Origin: an uncultured Gemmatimonadota bacterium
Lineage (GTDB): Bacteria > SM23-81 > DAOVCL01
Direction of reading: 5' to 3'
Assembly (NCBI GenBank): GCA_964626665.1
Contig: CAZVGK010000054.1
Coordinates: 1,895-12,714, forward strand
DNA: 10,820 bases
The notes beneath the pieces are model-generated. The model was not told the origin of the DNA, made no database searches, and saw only the letters and a list, made by a program, of their open reading frames with translations. Of this stretch, positions 5,875 through 10,820 are shown in pieces (position 1 is the stretch's first letter; each line of letters opens with the position of its first letter). The position numbers were made by a program, and so were the translations under genes.

Positions 5875-6684
5875 ATGACTAACCAGCCAAGCAAGGTTAC
5901 CACCAAAACATTTCTGCAGTGCAAGGCCCAGGGGAAAAAGCTTGCCCTGCTCACCGCTTATGACTGGCTTACCGCCAGGCTCTTGGACGATTGTGGGATA
6001 GATGGCATACTGGTGGGGGATTCGGCCAATATGGTCTTCTATGGCCAGCCCACCACCCTTTCTATCACTATGGATCAGATGATCTACCACACCAGGGCGG
6101 TAGCGCAAGCAGCCAACCGGGCTCTGGTTATTGGGGATATGCCATTTATGTCCTATCAGGTAAATACCCAGGAGGCACTGAGGAATGCCGGAAGGTTTCT
6201 TAAGGAAGGTGGCGCTCAGGCAGTGAAGGTGGAAGGGGGTAAAGAGATTGCTCCCACCGTGAAAAGGCTGGTGGAAGTGGGCATACCGGTGATGGGGCAT
6301 ATCGGGCTTGTCCCCCAGTCGGTGCACAGGTTTGGGGGGTATGGGATAAGGGGGAAAGGAAAGGAGGAGGCCGTTTATCTCTTGGAGAGCGCCATCCTTC
6401 TGCAGGATGCTGGCTGTTTCTCCCTGGTTTTAGAGAAGATTCCGGCGGATTTGGCCCAGAGGATAAGCAAAGAGCTGCGCATACCGACGATTGGAATTGG
6501 AGCTGGCCCCTTCTGCGATGGTCAGATCTTGGTTGTGCAGGATATGCTCGGCCTTTTTGAGGAGTTTAAACCCAAGTTCGTGCGCCAGTATGCCCAGTTG
6601 GCCCCGCAGGTAAAGGAGGCCTTCCATAAGTATATCAAAGATGTAAGGGAGAGCAAGTTCCCCTCCCCGGAGGAGAGTTACTAA
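5875..6684 (+). CDS. panB: 3-methyl-2-oxobutanoate hydroxymethyltransferase
   Basis: LTAYD, ILVGDSA, GDMPFMSY, AVKVEGG, IPVMGHIGLVPQSV, PTIGIGAGPFCDGQILV.QDMLG, PKFVRQY. Confidence 0.98.
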   Translation: MTNQPSKVTTKTFLQCKAQGKKLALLTAYDWLTARLLDDCGIDGILVGDSANMVFYGQPTTLSITMDQMIYHTRAVAQAANRALVIGDMPFMSYQVNTQEALRNAGRFLKEGGAQAVKVEGGKEIAPTVKRLVEVGIPVMGHIGLVPQSVHRFGGYGIRGKGKEEAVYLLESAILLQDAGCFSLVLEKIPADLAQRISKELRIPTIGIGAGPFCDGQILVVQDMLGLFEEFKPKFVRQYAQLAPQVKEAFHKYIKDVRESKFPSPEESY

Positions 6685-6686
6685 AG

Positions 6687-7538
6687 ATGATTACCGTGGA
6701 AGAGATAGCCCAGATGAGGGAGATAGCCCAGACCACCAGGGCTAAGGGGGAGCTTATCGCCCTGGTTCCCACTATGGGTTTCTTCCACGAGGGACACCTC
6801 AGCCTAATCAGGAAGGCCAGGAAGCTGGGGGACTTGGTGGTGGTGAGCAGCTTCGTCAATCCCTCCCAGTTTGGCCCGGGGGAGGATTACACGGGTTATC
6901 CGCGGGAACCTGAGCGAGACAGGATCTTGGCCGCGGAGAATGGCACCGATATCCTCTTCTCCCCCCTGGTGGAGGAGATGTATCCCCCGGGTTACTCCAC
7001 CTGGGTGGATGTGGAAGGGCTAACTGAGGTGCTCTGTGGTAGGTCCCGCCCAGGCCATTTTCGGGGGGTAACCACTGTGGTAACCAAGCTATTCCACATT
7101 GTCCAACCCCATTATGCCATCTTTGGCCAGAAGGACTATCAGCAGGCACAGGTGACCAAAAGGATGGTGAAGGATCTCAACTTCGATTTAAGGGTGTTGG
7201 TTCAGCCCATTGTGCGAGAGCCAGATGGCCTGGCTATGAGTTCGCGGAACCTCTACCTCTCCCCCAGCCAGAGAAAGGAGGCCACCACCCTCTACCGTTC
7301 GCTTCTCCAGGCCAAGGAGTTGGTGGAAAAGGGGGAGAGGGATGCGGAAAGAATATCGGCGGTGATCAGGGAAATGCTTGTCAAAATCCCACGGGCAGAG
7401 ATAGACTATATCTCCATAGTTGACGGGGAGAACCTCAGGCCCCTAGCTCGGCTCAGAGGAAAGGTCCTCATTGCCCTGGCGGTAAGGATCGGCAAGGCCA
7501 GGCTGATAGACAACATACTGACCTCCATAGATGAATAA
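6687..7538 (+). CDS. panC: Pantoate-beta-alanine ligase
   Basis: VPTMGFFHEGHLSL, FVNPSQF, RPGHFRGVTTVVTKLF, FGQKDYQQ, REPDGLAMSSRN, RLIDN. Confidence 0.98.
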   Translation: MITVEEIAQMREIAQTTRAKGELIALVPTMGFFHEGHLSLIRKARKLGDLVVVSSFVNPSQFGPGEDYTGYPREPERDRILAAENGTDILFSPLVEEMYPPGYSTWVDVEGLTEVLCGRSRPGHFRGVTTVVTKLFHIVQPHYAIFGQKDYQQAQVTKRMVKDLNFDLRVLVQPIVREPDGLAMSSRNLYLSPSQRKEATTLYRSLLQAKELVEKGERDAERISAVIREMLVKIPRAEIDYISIVDGENLRPLARLRGKVLIALAVRIGKARLIDNILTSIDE

Positions 7539-7543
7539 CCCAG

Positions 7544-7888
7544 CACAGCAAAGCCGCAACCAAACAAGGGCCACGGATTACACAGATTTCACTGAACCTC
7601 TGGAACACGAACGATGACACGAATAAACGAATCCGCACGAATAGATAATTTACCACGGAAATTCACGGAATTACGCGGGGGAAAACAATTATTAATTGAG
7701 AATTAAGAATGAAATTCATGCTGGCTATCCCTGATCCCTGAAGACTGATCCCCCTTTTTCTGTGCATAGTCCGTGGTGAAGTTACTGCAATTTACATTCA
7801 AACCTTTGTGTTCTCTGCGCCTACTTGGCGAGCTTTGCGGTTAAAAAACTTTATCAAAAAAACAGGATCTTGCAAAATCGTAGCATAG
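7544..7888. mobile_element. 345-nt palindromic insert interrupting the 5' end of the glmU-like gene
   Basis: Left end 7539-7564 matches 5679-5704 at 23/26 and right end 7844-7883 matches 5824-5863 at 34/40. The interior has CACGAA/CACGGA tandem units and inverted repeat ACCACGGA (7652-7659) / TCCGTGGT (7770-7777). Removal gives ATG AAT AAC CCA GTG GCC ATA CTC TTA GCG GCC GGG. Confidence 0.8.
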
Positions 7889-8625
7889 TGGCCATACTCT
7901 TAGCGGCCGGGGAAGGGGTGCGGATGAAATCGGGACTGGCCAAGGTCCTCCATCAGGTGTCCGGGAGACCTATGGTGCAATGGGTCATCTCCGCGGTGAG
8001 GGAGGCGGGAGTGGAAAGGATAATCTTGGTAATTGGCCACCGAAGGGAGATGGTGAGGGATGCCTTGCGGGATGAAGGGGTGGAGTTTGTGGTGCAAGCA
8101 ACACAAAGGGGAACTGCCCATGCCGTCCTGCAAGCAGAGGCCATCCTGCGCGATTTCTCCGGTACGGTTCTCGTCCTCTGCGGGGATGTCCCCCTATTGA
8201 GAGCTCGTACCATCAAGGATCTGCTGGAGCTCCACCACAGCTCAAATGCTATGGCCACAGTGCTTACCGCTGAGCTTGCCGATCCAGCCGGCTATGGGAG
8301 GATAGTCAGGGACAGCCAGGGTACGGTGGAGAGGATCGTGGAGGAGAAGGATGCCACTCCACAGGAGAGGAGGATAAGGGAGGTAAACAGCGGCCTCTTC
8401 TGCTTCCAGGCTACTGCCCTCCTCCCTGCCCTCAGGGAGGTGAGGGCTGACAATCAGCAGGGAGAATACTACCTCACCGATGTTATCTCCATCTTCAGAA
8501 GGGACAACCGGCGCGTGGCTGCCCTCCTCTGCCCCCATCAAGAGGAGATACTGGGGGTGAACTCCCGGGAACAGCTCTCCTTTGTGGAGGGGATTATGAA
8601 AAATAGGCTAAAGAAAAGGCCTTGA
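7870..8625 (+). CDS. glmU: GlmU N-terminal-domain-only sugar-phosphate nucleotidyltransferase (UDP-GlcNAc pyrophosphorylase)
   Basis: AILLAAGEGVRMKS.LAKVLH, Q..QRGTAHAV, LCGDVPLL, GYGRIVR, IVEEKDA, EVNSG, N.QGEYYLTD, GVNSREQL. No LbH acetyltransferase domain. The start is uncertain: TTG 7870 or GTG 7888 as is, ATG 7531 if the insert is removed. Confidence 0.85.
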   Translation: MQNRSIVAILLAAGEGVRMKSGLAKVLHQVSGRPMVQWVISAVREAGVERIILVIGHRREMVRDALRDEGVEFVVQATQRGTAHAVLQAEAILRDFSGTVLVLCGDVPLLRARTIKDLLELHHSSNAMATVLTAELADPAGYGRIVRDSQGTVERIVEEKDATPQERRIREVNSGLFCFQATALLPALREVRADNQQGEYYLTDVISIFRRDNRRVAALLCPHQEEILGVNSREQLSFVEGIMKNRLKKRP

Positions 8626-8640
8626 CAGATCAAACTTTAC

Positions 8641-8773
8641 GAAAGTCAAGCGAGAATCCCCTGCCACTTGCAGTGAGGATGAATTGCTTCCTTTCGCGGG
8701 GGTTGGAGGTAAAACCTCCAATAAGAAAATCCTACAGCTTAGGAATCTCCCCTTTTAGGCAGGGGAAGTTCAC
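8641..8773 (+). mobile_element. Non-autonomous IS200/IS605-like remnant (PATE-type), no tnpA/tnpB
   Basis: Follows TTAC (8637-8640). Left subterminal imperfect hairpin GAATCCCCTGCCACTTGCAGTGAGGAT, central hairpin TTGGAGGT/ACCTCCAA (8703-8721), and right end GAATCTCCCCTTTTAGGCAGGGGAAGTTCAC resembling IS605 right ends. Confidence 0.6.
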
Positions 8774-8780
8774 TTTTAAC

Positions 8781-8816
8781 AAGCAAAGGCCACCATTGCT
8801 GGTGACCTTTGCTTTT
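8781..8816. terminator. Probable bidirectional intrinsic terminator between convergent genes
   Basis: AAGCAAAGGCCACCA (8781-8795) / TGGTGACCTTTGCTT (8800-8814), 14 of 15 pairs, 4-nt loop, T tail. Confidence 0.75.
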
Positions 8817-8838
8817 AAACCGGGTTCAGGTCAGGGAG

Positions 8839-9645
8839 TTACTTCAGGAGAATCATTCTCCTGGCTTGCACATAGCCCCCTGCCTGAATCCGGTATATGT
8901 ATACCCCACTGGGCAGCTCTTGGCCCGAACTGTTCCGTCCATCCCAGCGAACTGAGTAGTAGCCAGGGGCCTGCTCCCCATCCACCAGGGTCCTCACCAA
9001 CTGCCCCAGCACATTGTAAACCCTCAGGGTGGTGCGGTGCGGTCTCCTCTCTCTATCTCTATCTGGGATAGTGTAGCGGATAGTGGTAGTGGGATTAAAT
9101 GGATTGGGATAGTTCTGCTCGATGGAAAATTGTGATGGTAAAGCTAAGTCCCTTCTTTCACCTACTGAAGAGGGATTAACACCTATCTCCACCGAAACTG
9201 GACAGGGAGGAAATGGAAGGGAATATACATAGATGCCCGTCACCTGATATTCTCCCGGCAGAACTGTATCTCCATAAGCGTTATTCATATCCCACTCATC
9301 TAAGGCCAATGTGGAATCACCAGGGGCTAAGATAATTTCTGTAATAACTTGAAGGAAATACTTTCCCCAAGACCATCTCCATATCTCGGATGAATCGGAA
9401 ATGTAAAAATCGTATATCTGCGTGGTGCCGAAGGTAAAGGTGACTGAATCACTCCCCAGATTGGTGATCTTACAGAGCATCTGGATATCCTCCTCCTGCG
9501 CATACTCTGCCTTGTCAGTGGCCATATAATACTCCAGATCACGGATTACCACCCTCTTCTCATTCAACCATTGACCAATGGAAGGTTCAGCTTGTAGACA
9601 CAGGAGAATAAGGGATAACACCCAGATGAATCTTGTTCTTTTCAT
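8839..9645 (-). CDS. Secreted protein: signal peptide, BsuPI-like (intracellular proteinase inhibitor) Ig domain, FlgD-Ig/T9SS C-terminal domain
   Basis: SD AAGGAGG (complement of 9654-9660) supports ATG 9645. Signal peptide MKRTRFIWVLSLILLCL. TDK..Y...ITN.G...VTFTF.T.Q.YDF.I....EIWRWS.GK.FLQVI....L.PG matches BsuPI-like domains. QNYPNPFNP...WDGRN.SG..LPSGVYIYRI...RRMILLK. Confidence 0.85.
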   Translation of the reverse strand: MKRTRFIWVLSLILLCLQAEPSIGQWLNEKRVVIRDLEYYMATDKAEYAQEEDIQMLCKITNLGSDSVTFTFGTTQIYDFYISDSSEIWRWSWGKYFLQVITEIILAPGDSTLALDEWDMNNAYGDTVLPGEYQVTGIYVYSLPFPPCPVSVEIGVNPSSVGERRDLALPSQFSIEQNYPNPFNPTTTIRYTIPDRDRERRPHRTTLRVYNVLGQLVRTLVDGEQAPGYYSVRWDGRNSSGQELPSGVYIYRIQAGGYVQARRMILLK

Positions 9646-9669
9646 TCTAATCGCCTCCTTCCTTGCAGA

Positions 9670-9697
9670 GGGAAGGCGGAGCAAGTTCCACCTCCCC
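9670..9697 (-). other. Intergenic hairpin without U-tail (weak terminator or mRNA stabiliser)
   Basis: On the minus strand GGGGAGGTGGA / TCCGCCTTCCC form 11 pairs including two G-U. Confidence 0.45.
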
Positions 9698-9707
9698 CTC
9701 ATAAGGT

Positions 9708-10820
9708 TTATCGAAGCAAGATCATCTTGCGGGTTTTTCTGAAATCAGCCGTTTTTATCCTGTAAAAATAGACTCCACTGGCCACCTGAGCACCAGACTG
9801 GCTTCTGCCATTCCAATGGGCCACCCTATACCCTGCCTTCTGTTCCCCATCAACCAGGGTAGCCACCTTTTGTCCTAAGATGTTGTAAACATCCAGCCTC
9901 ACCCAGCAATCCCTGGGCAAGCCATACTTGATTCTGGTTACCGGGTTGAAAGGGTTGGGGTAGTTCTGGGCAAGGGAGAAGTAGTCGGGCAGAGATGGCT
10001 CATGAGGCTCTTCCACCCCTGTTGAGACAAGCCAAGGATCATAGTCCACCGGCCCATAGAACGAGGTGGGATCAGGTGGCGATTCCCCCCACCAGTTGTT
10101 CTCCGCCTTTATTGTATCGGTTACTCCCTCACAGTATACCGCATATTGAGGGGAACAGGGACCTGGTATGATGCTGTTGTTGCCCGTTCCGGGGATGAAG
10201 GAATCACCCAGAAGAGGATAGCTTTCATAACAGGCTACACCAATGTCTCTATACTCGTTAATCTTGTTGTCGGAGACTATGGGCCTGGAGCCTGAATAAA
10301 GGGCCAACCCCACCACATTTCCCTCCAGAACCTGTTCCAGGTTACTGCTCCCCTTGATCACGGTAGCCGAGTCCAATCCCACTCCCAATATGCCGTAATA
10401 GCCTCCAACTATTTGATTATCCATAACTTGGGCTGTGGCATCCTCAAGGTATATGCCTGCAGTTCTTGCGCTATCTCCTCCTCCCCGTGGATCATCACAC
10501 TGCAGGACGGGCATAGAGATCGTGTTGCCACAGATATAGAGATCGTCAGTGAAACAACCCCTTATACCGTAAACTGAGTGGTCCTTTATGGCACAGGAGA
10601 TAACATTCCCTCCCTGGGCAGAATCAAAGCTCACCCCACAGTCGCTATACTCGATTGTGGCATACTGGATCTCTGCACTTCCCCCATTGAAGACCCTGAT
10701 ACCATACCAGTCACCTGGTTTTGGAGTCTGTGAGGCAGAGGTAAAGGTTATCTTGGAGTCAGCCATCCCCTCAGCAACAAGACTGCCTTCTATGGCCAGT
10801 TCAGTCCTTGAGGCAAATTT
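9708..10820 (-). CDS. 5'-truncated secreted right-handed parallel beta-helix (NosD/pectin-lyase-like) protein with FlgD-Ig/T9SS C-terminal domain
   Basis: The frame is open to the window edge (KFASRTELAIEGSLVAEGMADSKITFTS...GDWYGI). It has repeated GI/N.I beta-helix units, AENNWWG...VDYDPWL, and QNYPNPFNP...SGVYFYRI...TRKMILLR. Confidence 0.88.
   Translation of the reverse strand, partial: KFASRTELAIEGSLVAEGMADSKITFTSASQTPKPGDWYGIRVFNGGSAEIQYATIEYSDCGVSFDSAQGGNVISCAIKDHSVYGIRGCFTDDLYICGNTISMPVLQCDDPRGGGDSARTAGIYLEDATAQVMDNQIVGGYYGILGVGLDSATVIKGSSNLEQVLEGNVVGLALYSGSRPIVSDNKINEYRDIGVACYESYPLLGDSFIPGTGNNSIIPGPCSPQYAVYCEGVTDTIKAENNWWGESPPDPTSFYGPVDYDPWLVSTGVEEPHEPSLPDYFSLAQNYPNPFNPVTRIKYGLPRDCWVRLDVYNILGQKVATLVDGEQKAGYRVAHWNGRSQSGAQVASGVYFYRIKTADFRKTRKMILLR

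Noticed and set aside
4264-7888. Group I or group II introns, or IStrons, as the identity of the inserts
   Set aside because: No GUGYG...AY ends or domain V, no recognisable group I core, upstream exons end in G rather than U, and the interiors are simple nested hairpins. An unknown removal mechanism is not excluded.
4254-7890. Programmed ribosomal bypassing across the inserts
   Set aside because: No matched take-off and landing codons followed directly by a stop, and gaps of 187-345 nt are far longer than the 50-nt T4 gene 60 gap.
136-8541. Antisense and alternate-frame ORFs in the track (e.g. 136-666, 2414-2761, 3751-4113, 5866-6327, 7468-7656)
   Set aside because: They are shadows of well-supported genes, the tRNA or repeat elements, with no motifs or RBS.
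2595-8625. Selenoprotein (UGA readthrough) near selC
   Set aside because: The TGA codons ending folB, folK and glmU fall at the expected family C-termini, and no Cys-aligned in-frame UGA was seen.
8622-8650. TTGACA at 8622-8627 as a promoter
   Set aside because: No acceptable -10 at 16-18 nt, with or without the IS-like remnant.
8622-9071. 149-aa + strand ORF overlapping the glmU stop
   Set aside because: It runs through the IS remnant and terminator, is antisense to a well-supported gene, and has no recognisable motifs.
1-10820. CRISPR array
   Set aside because: No identical 25-45 nt repeats separated by unique spacers. The repeats are coding 117-mers or short palindromic arms.

Overview
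Bacterial chromosomal window, probably from an FCB-group-like lineage (inferred from three secreted proteins ending in QNYPNPFNP...K/RMxLL(R/K) T9SS/FlgD-type C-terminal domains). The core is a + strand housekeeping cluster: tRNA-Sec (selC), a class I/II aminotransferase homolog lacking its catalytic lysine, folB, folK, a deoxynucleoside kinase, panB, panC and a GlmU N-terminal-only nucleotidyltransferase. On the left are an RCC1/BLIP-II repeat surface protein and a decayed toxin-antitoxin cassette with an attC-like site. On the right are a small IS200/IS605-like remnant and two convergent secreted proteins. The most striking observation is that three apparent intergenic spacers (4264-4573, 5684-5870, 7544-7888) are palindrome-rich inserts. 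Each follows an AG, ends in AG and sits inside a coding sequence. Removing each precisely restores an intact gene end and a translationally coupled junction (folB/folK TTGA, dgk/panB ATGACTAA, panC/glmU ATGAATAA). Two of the inserts share both termini but have different interiors. Whether they are tolerated DNA insertions or are excised at the DNA or RNA level cannot be told from sequence alone.
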